Below are positions 36,026 to 45,387 of a stretch of 64,000 nucleotides of DNA, in pieces. The translations under genes and the position numbers were made by a program. The notes beneath the pieces are model-generated. The model worked only from the letters and a program-made list of their open reading frames with translations. It did no database searches and was not told the origin of the DNA. The stretch's first letter is position 1. Every line of letters begins with the position of its first letter. The DNA is from an uncultured Actinomycetes bacterium (GTDB lineage: Bacteria > Actinomycetota > Thermoleophilia > Gaiellales > JAICJC01): assembly GCA_963737445.1 (NCBI GenBank), contig CAVTSO010000019.1, forward strand, positions 31,694-95,693. The letters are read 5' to 3'.

Positions 36026-36556
36026 TTAGAAGAGTGATGCCGATAGGTCGTCCGCCGTACGTTCCAGGTCATCGCGCGCGGCGGTGACGCGCTCTTGGTG
36101 CTGCCCCCAGGCTGTTTCGGGAGCGTCACGCAGATCATCCAAGCGCTCCGTCACCGCCAGCCGGCGGCGACGCAACTCCTTGATCCCGGTTTCGGCCTGG
36201 TCGCGTGCGCTGCCGGTCTTGGCGGCGGCGGTCGCCTGCAGCCGCTCGGCGAACGCGTCCCAGCCGTGCAGCTCGGCTTCCACCGCAGCCGTGAAGTGTG
36301 CGCGGTTCTCTGCCAGGTCGGCGTCGAGGGACCGCTCGGCCACGTCCAGCCGTGATCGCAGACGCGAGAGCCGCTCGCCGACCGGGTCGGGAGTGCGGCG
36401 AGCCGCTGCCTGGGCGTTCGCCTGCTCCTGCCGAAGCGCATCGACGTGCCGGCGGACGTCTTGCCGCCGGTCGCCGTGTCGCAGGCGCATGCTGGCCTCC
36501 AGGTCATCGATGCGGCGGCCGGCCTCGGCCAGCTGCTCATCGATCGTCGTCGTCAT
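36026..36556 (-). CDS. hypothetical coiled-coil protein
   Basis: ATG 36556 with RBS aaggaggtt; 176 aa, Arg/Glu/Ala-rich helical sequence; no motif. Confidence 0.6.
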   Translation of the reverse strand: MTTTIDEQLAEAGRRIDDLEASMRLRHGDRRQDVRRHVDALRQEQANAQAAARRTPDPVGERLSRLRSRLDVAERSLDADLAENRAHFTAAVEAELHGWDAFAERLQATAAAKTGSARDQAETGIKELRRRRLAVTERLDDLRDAPETAWGQHQERVTAARDDLERTADDLSASLF

Positions 36557-36675
36557 TCTGAACCTCCTTTCGTGTCGTGCTTCATCGCTGCCGAGAACGC
36601 TCGCACGGTTCGCTGCCATGTCGCTGCCACGCGGTCGTGCGCCGCTGCCGTCCGGGAGGGGAGCTGCGCGGTCGG

Positions 36676-39597
36676 TCAGGTGAGCGCGAGCCCGGCGCGT
36701 CGACGGAGGTCGTCGGCGGTCACCTCGTCGCCGCGCGCGTCCGCGAGCTCAGCCAGGCCGAGTAGCGCCGCGGTCGCGGGATCTCCCGCGAGGGCGATAA
36801 AGAGCGTCTCCCGCGCTTGGTGGGGTCGCGGGAGGGTGGACCAGTCAAGCACTGTTCGGTACAGCCGTTCTGCGGTGGCGTCGTCTCCGGCGGCGGCGAG
36901 CACGCGGCCGAGCTCGGCCCGCGCATGCGCGGCGACCCAGTCTGCGCGGGCCGCCTCGGCGGCTGCCAGCGCCTGGCGAAGCAGCTGCTCGGCCCGGCGC
37001 GGGTCCCCGGCCGCCAGTGCAGACGAGCCGAGGCCGGCGAAGGCGAAGGCTGCGTGGTCGGCCAGGCCCGAGCGTTCGGCGCCGTCGAGCGTCCGCATGT
37101 AGGCCGCCTCGGCGGCCGGGCGGTCACCTCGCTGGGCAGCGACCCATCCCTCAAGCAGTGTCCCCGGGACATGGAACGCGTCGTAGGCGATCGTGTCAGC
37201 GTGGGCGATCACGTCGGACGCCATCGTGGCGACGGTCTCCACGTCCCCTGCGGCGGCGGCGCTCTGGGCACGAATGAGGCCGCTCGCGGCCGCCGTCCAG
37301 TCGTCATGCGCCGCCACCGCGCCCCGCCGAGCCGCCTCGGCCAGGGTGGCCGACCGTTCCAGGTCGCCCGACCGCGCCGCCGCGACCGCGAGCGTCATCT
37401 GCGCCATCGTCAGCGCAGCCGACGCGGTCGAGGTCCTGGCAAGTTCGAGCGCATGCTCGCCAGCCGCCGACGCCGCCTGCACGTCGAGCTCCTCCGCCGC
37501 GAGATAGCACAGGGCCGCGAGCGCCTCGGCCTGCAGATCGACCGGCACGGCTTCATCCGCCACCTCCAGGGCCAGCTCCAGGAACCTCCGCCCCTCGGAC
37601 ACCCGCTCGGAAACCGCGAAGTACCACCCGAGCGGCGCCGCCAGCCGCACGGCCACGGACGGGTCGGGCGCGTCTCGCGCCCACGTCATCGCCGCCCAGA
37701 AGTTGTCGTTCTCCAGCTCCAGCCGCCGCATCGAGGCCAACCAGCCCGGTCCACGCAGCTCCTCCCGTGCTCGCTCAGCCATGTCCGCGAAGTACGCGGC
37801 GTGCGTGCTCCGCGCGGCGGCGAGCGCGCCTGCCTCCTCCAGCCGAGCAACCGCGTAGTCCCGCACGGTGTCGAGCAGCGTGTAGCGCGCACCGCCGTCC
37901 GGAAACGACACTGTGATGATCGACTTGTCCACCAGCGCTTCCAGCAGCAGGGTGACCGTCGCCTCATCCAGCCCGTGGCGCTCGCCGGCGGCGACCAGGG
38001 AGGGCAGCGAGCTGCCGCCACGGTGCACCGCGACCTGCTGCAGCAGGGTCTTCTCGTCCGCGTGCAATAGGTCGTAGCTCCACTCCACGAGCGTTCGCAG
38101 CGCCGCGCCGGCATCGGAGGCGGCCTGTTCGCGAAACAACGCAACCCGGCGCTCGACGAGCGACAGCAGCTCCGCGAGGCCGAGCACGTTCACGCGCGCC
38201 GCCGCGAGCTCGATAGCAAGCGGCAGTCCGTCCACGCACCGGGCGATAGCGGCGGCCAGCCGAGCGGTCTCCGCGTCCAGCTGGAAGCCGGGCCGCGCGG
38301 CACGCGCGCGCTCGAAGAAGAGGGCCACGGCGGGTGAGTTGACATCGCCAGCGCGATCAAAATCTTCCAGGGACAACGGCTCGACCGTGACCCGGACCTC
38401 CCCCGTCACGTGGAGCACCTCGCGGCTCGTCGCCAGCACCCGCACGCCTGGACAGCCGGCGAGCACCTCTTCGACCACGCGCCGCACCTCGGTGAGCAGC
38501 CGCTCGCACGAATCGAACACGAGGACCGCCTCCGCATCGCGCAGGCGCTCGACCACACGATCCAGCTGATCGCCGCGTGCCTCCACGGCACGAATCAGCA
38601 GACGCGTCACGTCGGGGGGCTCGACGGCGCGCGCGAGGTCGACGAACCAGATGCCGTCAGTGATTTCGTGCTGAAGCGGCCGAGCCGCCTCCAGGGCGAT
38701 GCGAGTCTTCCCGACGCCCGGCGGCCCCAGCAGCGTGACAACGCGGTGTTCGGCAAGCTCGGCGGCGACCTGTGCGCGCTCCGCCTCGCGGCCGACGAAT
38801 GAGGTGGCGGGCGAGGGCACGTTGCCTCGTCGAGCCTGCACCGTGGGCGCCGCGGCGATCGCCGGGTCGTGCGCGAGGATCGCCTCCTGCAGGGCGCGAA
38901 GCTCCGGCCCAGGCTCGAGTGCGAGGCTGTCGGCGAGGACCCGCCGCGCCTCGTGGAAGACATCGAGCGCGTCCGCCTGGCGTCCGCTGCGATACAGGGC
39001 GAGCATCAGCTGGCCCCAGAGCCGCTCACGGTACGGGTTCTCGTCCAGCGCCGCGCGCAGCTCGGGCACGACCTCGCGGTGCTCGCCGAGTGCCAGCGCA
39101 GCGTCGAACCGCTCCTCCTGAACGTCGAGGCGCAGCGCTTCGAGCCGCCGCGCCTCGGCGCCGAACCAGGGTGCATCGGTGAGCCCCTGAAGCGCTGCGC
39201 CGCGCCACAGCGCGAGCGCCGAGGCGGCGTCCGCGGCTGCCGCGTGCGGGTCGCCGTCGCGCCGCGCGGTTACGGCCGAGGCCAGCAGTTCCTCGAAGGC
39301 GACCGCGTCGACGGTCGCGTGATGCAACGCGTAGCCGTCGCCGGAACCGGCAACGGCCTCGTGACCGAGCGCGGCGCGCAGCCGGGCCACATGGTGCTGG
39401 ACGGCATTTCGTGGAGCGGCGGGGAGGTCCGCCCCCCACAGCGCGTCGATCAGGTCGTCCACCGCCACGACGCGGCCGTGCGCAACGGCCAGCATTGCCA
39501 GCAGCGCCTGCCGTTTCCAGCCGGGTATGTCGACGCGCCGTCCGGCCGTAATGACCTCGAATGGTCCCAGGAGCCGGATCTCCAGCCGATCGCTCAT
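36676..39597 (-). CDS. AfsR/SARP family transcriptional regulator (OmpR-type wHTH + BTAD + NB-ARC ATPase + TPR)
   Basis: 973 aa from ATG 39597 (RBS ggag); LEIRLLGPFEV...LLAMLAV, BTAD ..YRERLWGQLMLALYRSGRQADALDVF, P-loop LLGPPGVGKTRIA, VLVFDSCE, long Ala/Leu-rich TPR-like tail. Confidence 0.9.
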   Translation of the reverse strand: MSDRLEIRLLGPFEVITAGRRVDIPGWKRQALLAMLAVAHGRVVAVDDLIDALWGADLPAAPRNAVQHHVARLRAALGHEAVAGSGDGYALHHATVDAVAFEELLASAVTARRDGDPHAAAADAASALALWRGAALQGLTDAPWFGAEARRLEALRLDVQEERFDAALALGEHREVVPELRAALDENPYRERLWGQLMLALYRSGRQADALDVFHEARRVLADSLALEPGPELRALQEAILAHDPAIAAAPTVQARRGNVPSPATSFVGREAERAQVAAELAEHRVVTLLGPPGVGKTRIALEAARPLQHEITDGIWFVDLARAVEPPDVTRLLIRAVEARGDQLDRVVERLRDAEAVLVFDSCERLLTEVRRVVEEVLAGCPGVRVLATSREVLHVTGEVRVTVEPLSLEDFDRAGDVNSPAVALFFERARAARPGFQLDAETARLAAAIARCVDGLPLAIELAAARVNVLGLAELLSLVERRVALFREQAASDAGAALRTLVEWSYDLLHADEKTLLQQVAVHRGGSSLPSLVAAGERHGLDEATVTLLLEALVDKSIITVSFPDGGARYTLLDTVRDYAVARLEEAGALAAARSTHAAYFADMAERAREELRGPGWLASMRRLELENDNFWAAMTWARDAPDPSVAVRLAAPLGWYFAVSERVSEGRRFLELALEVADEAVPVDLQAEALAALCYLAAEELDVQAASAAGEHALELARTSTASAALTMAQMTLAVAAARSGDLERSATLAEAARRGAVAAHDDWTAAASGLIRAQSAAAAGDVETVATMASDVIAHADTIAYDAFHVPGTLLEGWVAAQRGDRPAAEAAYMRTLDGAERSGLADHAAFAFAGLGSSALAAGDPRRAEQLLRQALAAAEAARADWVAAHARAELGRVLAAAGDDATAERLYRTVLDWSTLPRPHQARETLFIALAGDPATAALLGLAELADARGDEVTADDLRRRAGLALT

Positions 39598-39744
39598 ACG
39601 CACTCCGAGTGGATGTGGGCGAAAGAGTGTCCCACGCCCCGACTGCGTCGTAAAGCGGCGAGTGGCAGCACCGCGCGCGGCGGTGGCAGTCGGATGGCAG
39701 CGGGCCACGCGACCGTTCGTGACACATCCACGAGAGGAGTCGCA

Positions 39745-40317
39745 ATGAGCATCATGGAAAACACACGTCGGGCATCCTTCCCGACCCCTTGGACAGTCGA
39801 CCCCGAGAAGAGCTCGGTCGAGTTCACCGTCAAGACGTTCTGGGGCCTTGGTACCGTGCGCGGCCGCTTCGAGCGCTTTGACGGCGGCTATGACCCCGCC
39901 CCGGACCGCCAGAGCATCGAGTTGACGATCGACGCGGGCAGCCTCAACACTGGGCTCGGCAAGCGGGACGAATACTTGCGATCGGCTGACTTCTTCCACA
40001 TCGCCGACCACCCTTGGGTGCGGTTTAGGTCGACACGTGTTCTCAACGCCGGCGACGGGACGCTGCACATCCAGGGCGGCCTTGAAGCGGCGGGCGTCGT
40101 CGTTCCGATCGAGTTCGACGCGGCCGTGCGACAGATCGGCGAGGAGCTGGAGGTGGAGGCAGTGACGACCGTCGATCCGCGGTGGTTCGGCATGAGCAGC
40201 GGCCACCTGGGGATGATCCGACCCTCGGCGAAGCTGCACATCACGGCGCGCCTGACCGAAGCGACGGCACCGAGGAAGCCGGCGCCGGCACGGGAGCCAG
40301 CAGGTGTCGGGGCGTAG
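39745..40317 (+). CDS. YceI family protein
   Basis: 190 aa; RBS gaggag; W.VDPEKSSVEFTVKTFWGLGTVRGRF..F.G, RDEYLRSADFF..HP...F.S. Confidence 0.85.
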   Translation: MSIMENTRRASFPTPWTVDPEKSSVEFTVKTFWGLGTVRGRFERFDGGYDPAPDRQSIELTIDAGSLNTGLGKRDEYLRSADFFHIADHPWVRFRSTRVLNAGDGTLHIQGGLEAAGVVVPIEFDAAVRQIGEELEVEAVTTVDPRWFGMSSGHLGMIRPSAKLHITARLTEATAPRKPAPAREPAGVGA

Positions 40318-40482
40318 GAGATGCGCCAACCGAGACGACATCCGGGTCGTGGTCATCGGCGGCGGCTCGGCGGACTCGCCGCGGCAAAGGCGCTGCGGCG
40401 AGCGCCGGTCGAGGTGACAAGATTCGATTTGGGGTCGCGCCGGCGATCCGCTGGGTGCTCCGATGCAACGCTCGGCAGATGA
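40304..40482 (+). pseudogene. N-terminal relic of an NDH-2-like FAD/NAD(P)-dependent oxidoreductase (frameshifted, truncated after ~42 codons)
   Basis: ..DDIRVVVIGGGSA in one frame and GGLAAAKALRRAPVEVT in the next; one extra G at 40372-40373 gives RVVVIGGGSAGLAAAKALRRAPVEVT, a canonical GxGxxG dinucleotide-binding N-terminus; similarity ends at about 40429. Confidence 0.45.
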
Positions 40483-40609
40483 TCCACGAGCCAGCCCTTA
40501 CAGCGTGCTCGTCGAAAGACACTGGGTGCTTCGGTTGCTGATCGCGGTGGGTGGGAGTAGCATCGGTCGTTCGAGTGCGAGGCACACCGACGACCAGAGG
40601 AGGTCATTG

Positions 40610-41056
40610 ATGACTACGTCGGAGAAGCTCACGGACGCTTCGCAGAGACTGGCGAAGCTTTCCCAACGCGCGAAGGAGGCCGAGGATCACGCGGCTGCTG
40701 CGCGGAACCAGGCCAAGGCCGAGGTCGAGAAATCCGCCGACAACGCGCGGGCCGCGGCAGAGGCCCACGCCCAGGAACTGCAGAAGAGTGCAGCGGCCGC
40801 CGGCGCCCAGATTTCAGCGTCCCGGAACGAAATGCAAGAATCGATGGCCAATCACATGGCGCAGGTGCGTCAAAGCATCCACGAGAAGAAGGGCCAGCTT
40901 GACGCGAAGCATGCGGATAGCCGCGCCGATGACGCCGAGACCGACGCGCTGTTTGCCATCGACTACGCCTACGCGACGGTCGAGGATGCCGAGTACGCGG
41001 TGCTCGATGCAATCGCGGCGCGCATAGAAGCCAACGATATGGCAATGAGCACCTAG
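40610..41056 (+). CDS. hypothetical Ala/Glu-rich helical protein
   Basis: 148 aa; ATG 40610 with RBS gaggagg 6 nt upstream. Confidence 0.6.
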   Translation: MTTSEKLTDASQRLAKLSQRAKEAEDHAAAARNQAKAEVEKSADNARAAAEAHAQELQKSAAAAGAQISASRNEMQESMANHMAQVRQSIHEKKGQLDAKHADSRADDAETDALFAIDYAYATVEDAEYAVLDAIAARIEANDMAMST

Positions 41057-41192
41057 GTGGATTGACCACACACCTGCGAGACGGCTGACGTTGTCCGGGC
41101 CTCCCGCGAGTCCTGTGGTTGATCATGACCACGAGCTCGAAGGAGGCCCGTGATGACCGAGGGTAGGCTGAGCAGCAGGGCGCGTTCGAGCA

Positions 41193-42095
41193 TCACGGGA
41201 GCCGGCCCGACGGCGAAACGCCCGGATGATGGATGGAGATCCTGACGCGGAGCGCGCCGGGTCGGATCACGAACTCGAGCGAAGCGGGGAGATCGACTGC
41301 CTCGCCGTCGACGCCGGCATGAACCGGCGCTGCCGCCTTTACCCCGAGCCGGGTGGCGGTCCAGGCCCGCGCGGGAGGATCCGCGCCCGGGTGTGGCGCG
41401 TCGAGGACGACGATTCCCAGCCGGCCGCTGTCGAGCGTCGGCCGGGTGCCGGTCACGAGCGGCCGGCTGAGTGCGTAGGGGTTGTTCGAAACCAAGACGA
41501 CGGCGGGATGCGGGTGTCCGCGACCAACGTCGTCGACCAGCTGTAGTTCCGGGACAGCTGCGCCTGGACCGAGCACCGAGGCGGCGGTCTTCGCGAGAGT
41601 GCGCAACTTCGCGTCCCGGTACGCCGATTGGCGGACCGCATCGCCATAGATTCCGAGCGACACGTTGTTGAGAAAGACCAGGCCGTTCACCTCCGCGACG
41701 TCGATCGATCGCTCGACCCCGTCCGTGAACGCATCGAGCGCGCCGACTAGGTCGTGCCGATCGACGCCAAGGTCGAGCGCGAGATGGTTGCGGGTGCCGG
41801 CCGGAACACACACGAACGGGAGTCCGTGCGCTCGGGCCGCCGTGGCAACGGCCGCCAGTGAGCCGTCACCGCCGGCAACGCCAAGCGCGTCCGCTCCGTC
41901 CGCCACTGCTTCACCGACTAGTGCCGCGAGGTCCTGATGCGTTTGGAGGACGACGACGTCGATCCCTCGTTCGCGTGCCTGTTCCACCAAATTCGCGTGC
42001 GTCGCCCTGCCACCGCCGGACCGCGGATTAACGAACAGGACTGGTCGCCGCGGCGGGTCGACGGCCCGCCAGCCTTGCCGCGACAGAGATTCCAT
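41193..42095 (-). CDS. diacylglycerol kinase catalytic-domain lipid kinase (YegS/DagK-like)
   Basis: 300 aa; VLFVNPRSGGG, GVAGGDGSLAAV, VPAGTRNHLALDLG; TAGGAT hexamer 6 nt upstream of ATG 42095. Confidence 0.85.
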   Translation of the reverse strand: MESLSRQGWRAVDPPRRPVLFVNPRSGGGRATHANLVEQARERGIDVVVLQTHQDLAALVGEAVADGADALGVAGGDGSLAAVATAARAHGLPFVCVPAGTRNHLALDLGVDRHDLVGALDAFTDGVERSIDVAEVNGLVFLNNVSLGIYGDAVRQSAYRDAKLRTLAKTAASVLGPGAAVPELQLVDDVGRGHPHPAVVLVSNNPYALSRPLVTGTRPTLDSGRLGIVVLDAPHPGADPPARAWTATRLGVKAAAPVHAGVDGEAVDLPASLEFVIRPGALRVRISIHHPGVSPSGRLP

Positions 42096-42101
42096 GATTG
42101 G

Positions 42102-42107
42102 ATCCTA
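42102..42107 (-). promoter_or_regulatory. candidate -10 hexamer TAGGAT (leaderless lipid kinase gene)
   Basis: TANNNT hexamer 6 nt upstream of ATG 42095. Confidence 0.35.
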
Positions 42108-42299
42108 CGGACATCGAGTTGGTCAGGTCGACCCAGCTGCCGCCGCTCGTGCTTACTCGCGAGCTGCCCGTTGTGTCCCCCCGTCCGCCCCCCAACTGTA
42201 AGGACAGCAGACTTTGGCGGACTTCGGCGGATCGAGAAGGCTACCCGCCAACGCGGCGCGAACGGCCCAACCATGCCGGATTAGGCTTGATTCCTGAGG

Positions 42300-42372
42300 A
42301 GCGGACGACGGGTCTCGAACCCGCGACCTTCGGCTTGGGAAGCCAACGCTCTACCAACTGAGCTACGTCCGC
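42300..42372 (-). tRNA. tRNA-Gly (anticodon CCC)
   Basis: GCGGACG-ta-GCTCagttggtaGAGC-g-TTGGCttCCCaaGCCGA-aggtc-GCGGGttcgagaCCCGT-CGTCCGC-t folds as a 73-nt cloverleaf; CCA is not encoded. Confidence 0.95.
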
Positions 42373-42404
42373 GAGGCCGCCATTCTAGCGAACCGCCCCC
42401 TCGG

Positions 42405-43073
42405 TCAGCGCGTCGCCAGCACCCGGTCGAGCGAGGCCCGCAGCGACGCCAGCCGGCCTGGCAGGTCGACCGTCTCCGCCGCCGCGCCGCTCGTCTCGAT
42501 CGCGCTCACCGCCGAGCGAATCGCAACCAGGTCGCGCAGCAGATCCTCCAGCGCCGTCCGCGCCTGGTCATTCGGCGCGCTCGGCTGCAGCCGCCTGGCA
42601 TCGGCCGTCAGCTTGTCCAGCATCGGATCGACCCCGGCGATCGCCGCCCCGGGCTGCGGCCCCAGCGTCGCCAGCCGGTCGTGCACCGTCACGCCCTCGG
42701 CGTAGATGTCGTTGACCGCCCGGCCGTAGCGCCCGCGCGCGCCGCGGCTGCGCGCGATCAGCCAGCCGATCAGCGCCACCAGCACCACCGCGCCCGCGAT
42801 CAGCGCGATCAGCGCCCAGTTGGTCTCGTCCTGATTGTTCGCATTCGTCTTCTGCGTCTCGGGCGGCGGGGACACCGTCTCGGTCGTCGTCTGGCCACCG
42901 CCCCCACCACCGCCACCGCCACCGCCGGTCGGAAGCGTCGCGTTCGACGGCAGCGTGAACGACCCGCCGCCACCTCCCCCGCAGCCGGCCGCCAGCACCG
43001 CCGAGAGCAGGATCGCCAGGCATAGCCCGCCCAGCCTGCGCGAATGCGTCCTCCCCCATCGTGCCGTTCGCAT
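42405..43073 (-). CDS. lipoprotein-like membrane protein with Gly tracts, hypothetical
   Basis: 222 aa from ATG 43073; lipobox LAAGC, G6 and G11 tracts (the (GGN)11 tract is at 42895-42927), a second TM WALIALIAGAVVLVALIGWLIA, helical C-terminus; starts 11 nt after the kinase stop. Confidence 0.6.
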   Translation of the reverse strand: MRTARWGRTHSRRLGGLCLAILLSAVLAAGCGGGGGGSFTLPSNATLPTGGGGGGGGGGGQTTTETVSPPPETQKTNANNQDETNWALIALIAGAVVLVALIGWLIARSRGARGRYGRAVNDIYAEGVTVHDRLATLGPQPGAAIAGVDPMLDKLTADARRLQPSAPNDQARTALEDLLRDLVAIRSAVSAIETSGAAAETVDLPGRLASLRASLDRVLATR

Positions 43074-43083
43074 CACCGGCACC

Positions 43084-44850
43084 CTAACCGCTCTCGGCCG
43101 GCGCCACCGGCAACCGCAGCTGAAACCGCGCACCCTGCCCCGGCTCGCTCTGCATCCGCAACTCTCCGCCCGCAACCCGCACCCGCTCGGCGCTGGTGTC
43201 CAGCCCCAGGTGCATCCGCATCAGGTCGCGGTCGAGCGCGCGCTCGAGGTCGAAGCCGATGCCGTCATCCCGCACGTCGAACACCAGCTCGCCCTCCTGC
43301 ACCGCGCCGGACACCCGCAGCTCCGATGCCTGCGAGTGCTTGCGGGCATTGATGATCAGCTCTCGGATCGTGCGGTAGACGAGCGCCTCCGTGGTGTCCG
43401 ACTGTCGCGGCACGTCGATCTCGACCGTGTGGCTGCTCCACGGCCCTTCGGCGGCCAGCTCCTCGATCGCCGCCGCCAGCCCCGCCCGCTGCAGCACCTG
43501 CGGCCGCAGCTCGAACATCAGCCGGCGGGTGCGGTCGAGCGCGCCGGCCAGCATCGTCTCCAGCTCGGCCACCCGCGCGTCGTCGCCGCCGAGCCGGCGA
43601 ATCTGCATCAGCATCGCCGTCATCACCTGCACCGTGTCGTCGTGCAGCTCGGCCGAGATCCGCGTCTGCTCCGCCTCCGCCGCCGTCACCAGCGCCTCCA
43701 GCGCCTCGCGCCGCCGCTGCTCGGCCACCCGCTCGTCGGTCACGTCCACCATCACGCCCTGCAGCGCAACCCGTGCCCCCTCGCCGTCCCGCAGGTCGCG
43801 CGCGATCATGTGCACGTGCCGGGTGCGCCCGTCGGCGGCGTTTCGCATCCGCACCTGGATGTCGTAGCGGTCGGTCTCACCCCGGTACAGGCGCCCGCCG
43901 GCCTGCTCCATCACCGGCCGGTCATCCTCGACCACAAAGTCCTGGCGCGCCTCCGCGCTCATGCCGACCAGCTGCTCCGGCGTCACGCCCAGGATCGGCT
44001 CGATCTGCGGGCTGACGTAGGTGAGCACGCCCTCGACGTCGGTCACGAAGGTGGCCACCGGCAGCTGCTCCACCAGCGTCTGGTAGCGGTGCCGCTGCTG
44101 GGCCAGCCCCTCCGTGGCCCGCATCTCGGCGGTCACGTCGAATGCAAGCGCCTGCACCAGCCCGTTCGTGCCCGGCAGCCTCGCCGAGACGCTCCGCAGC
44201 CAGCGCGTGCGGCCGTCGGGGCGGATCCAGCGGAACTCGGCCGACCGCGTCCGCACCCCGAACCGGGGCAGCCCGCCCTGCTCCGGATAGTCGTCGGGAT
44301 GCACGCGGCTGCGGAACTCGGCCAGCCCGCCAGGGCGCGTCCAGTGGGCCGGCGGCATGCCCGTGATCCGCTCCACCTGCGGGTTCACGAACAGCGCCTG
44401 GTCGGCGTTCATGTCCAGCACGGCCACGATCGCGGGCAGGCCCTCCACCATGTCGTGGTAGCGGTTCTCGGTCACATCCAGCCAGAACCCGATCCGCGTG
44501 TGCGGCGCGTCCGGCAGCACCACGCTGTGGTGCCGCACCCAGCGGACGCGGCCGTCGTCGCCGCGGATCCGGTAGACGGCGTCGTACTGTTCGCCCCGCT
44601 CGGCGGCGGCGTCTGCCCGCGCGCGGTGCTCCGCCAGCGTCGGCGCGTCCAGGAACTCGCCCAGCACGTCCAGCGCATTCGGCGCCAGCCAGCGCCAGGC
44701 CGACACCCCCGTCACCCGCTCGGTCTGCGGGCTCACGTAGCTCATCCGCCGTTCGGCGACGGCCGCCTGGTCGCGCAGAAACACCGCCCCCGGCATCGTG
44801 TCGACCAGATGCTGGAAGCTGGCCGGCTGCTCCCCTGCGCCGCCGCTCAT
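43084..44850 (-). CDS. PAS-domain sensor histidine kinase (HisKA_3 / NarX-DesK type)
   Basis: 588 aa; about three PAS modules, H-box ISAELHDDTVQ, HATPase N/G boxes (INARKHS, VRDDGIGF, GG.L...S.PG.G); no response regulator is present in the window. Confidence 0.85.
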   Translation of the reverse strand: MSGGAGEQPASFQHLVDTMPGAVFLRDQAAVAERRMSYVSPQTERVTGVSAWRWLAPNALDVLGEFLDAPTLAEHRARADAAAERGEQYDAVYRIRGDDGRVRWVRHHSVVLPDAPHTRIGFWLDVTENRYHDMVEGLPAIVAVLDMNADQALFVNPQVERITGMPPAHWTRPGGLAEFRSRVHPDDYPEQGGLPRFGVRTRSAEFRWIRPDGRTRWLRSVSARLPGTNGLVQALAFDVTAEMRATEGLAQQRHRYQTLVEQLPVATFVTDVEGVLTYVSPQIEPILGVTPEQLVGMSAEARQDFVVEDDRPVMEQAGGRLYRGETDRYDIQVRMRNAADGRTRHVHMIARDLRDGEGARVALQGVMVDVTDERVAEQRRREALEALVTAAEAEQTRISAELHDDTVQVMTAMLMQIRRLGGDDARVAELETMLAGALDRTRRLMFELRPQVLQRAGLAAAIEELAAEGPWSSHTVEIDVPRQSDTTEALVYRTIRELIINARKHSQASELRVSGAVQEGELVFDVRDDGIGFDLERALDRDLMRMHLGLDTSAERVRVAGGELRMQSEPGQGARFQLRLPVAPAESG

Positions 44851-44878
44851 CGCCGCATGCTACGCGGTCGGACGACGA

Positions 44879-45319
44879 TCAGGCGGCTTCGGCCAGGCGC
44901 TCCTCGACGTGCGCCTTCAGCCGTGCCAGCGCGTCTGCCACCGACTTGTGCAGGAGCGGGATGATCAGCGGCTTCATGAACCGGTAGCGCCCGCGCGGCT
45001 GCGCCTGCAACCGCAGGCTTACCCGCGTGCCCGACCCCGACGGCTCCAGCAGGTACATGCCGTCGATCGTGCACTCCTTGCAATCGACGCTGCTGAACCC
45101 GACTCGCCGCCCGTCCGCTCCCGCCTCGACCTCGAGTACCGCCGTGTGGTGGGACCCCAGCACGTGCATGCGCAGGCGGTAGCTGCCGCTGACGCCGTCA
45201 CCTCCATCGCTGATCCGGGTGACGGCGATCTCCGGGTCGAGCCAGTCCAGCGCGCAGGTGGCGTCGTAGACGGCGTCCGGCGAAGCGGCGATCGAGGTGC
45301 TGTCAACGTGCTCGAGCAT
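44879..45319 (-). CDS. SRPBCC (START/polyketide cyclase-like) family protein
   Basis: 146 aa; the pattern of SRPBCC proteins (..S..I.ASPD.VYD........W.P....). Confidence 0.6.
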   Translation of the reverse strand: MLEHVDSTSIAASPDAVYDATCALDWLDPEIAVTRISDGGDGVSGSYRLRMHVLGSHHTAVLEVEAGADGRRVGFSSVDCKECTIDGMYLLEPSGSGTRVSLRLQAQPRGRYRFMKPLIIPLLHKSVADALARLKAHVEERLAEAA

Positions 45320-45387
45320 CGAAAGATCATCGACCGATTCGCGGCCGGTCCTGAGATACCTGCCCCGTCCGGGGGTGCTTCAACCAT

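Noticed and set aside
42096-42299. G-rich tract (ggggggcggacgggggg on the minus strand) between tRNA-Gly and the lipid kinase gene as a G-quadruplex or riboswitch
   Set aside because: Only two long G runs are present, which is not enough for a canonical quadruplex. No conserved riboswitch architecture is recognisable, and the kinase appears to be leaderless from a TAGGAT hexamer downstream of the tract.
29671-42372. Genomic island integrated at the 3' end of tRNA-Gly(CCC), with the GC-poor islet as the far end
   Set aside because: I found no integrase or recombinase gene and no direct repeat of the tRNA 3' end by eye. Most intervening genes have host-like GC3. This remains only a weak possibility.
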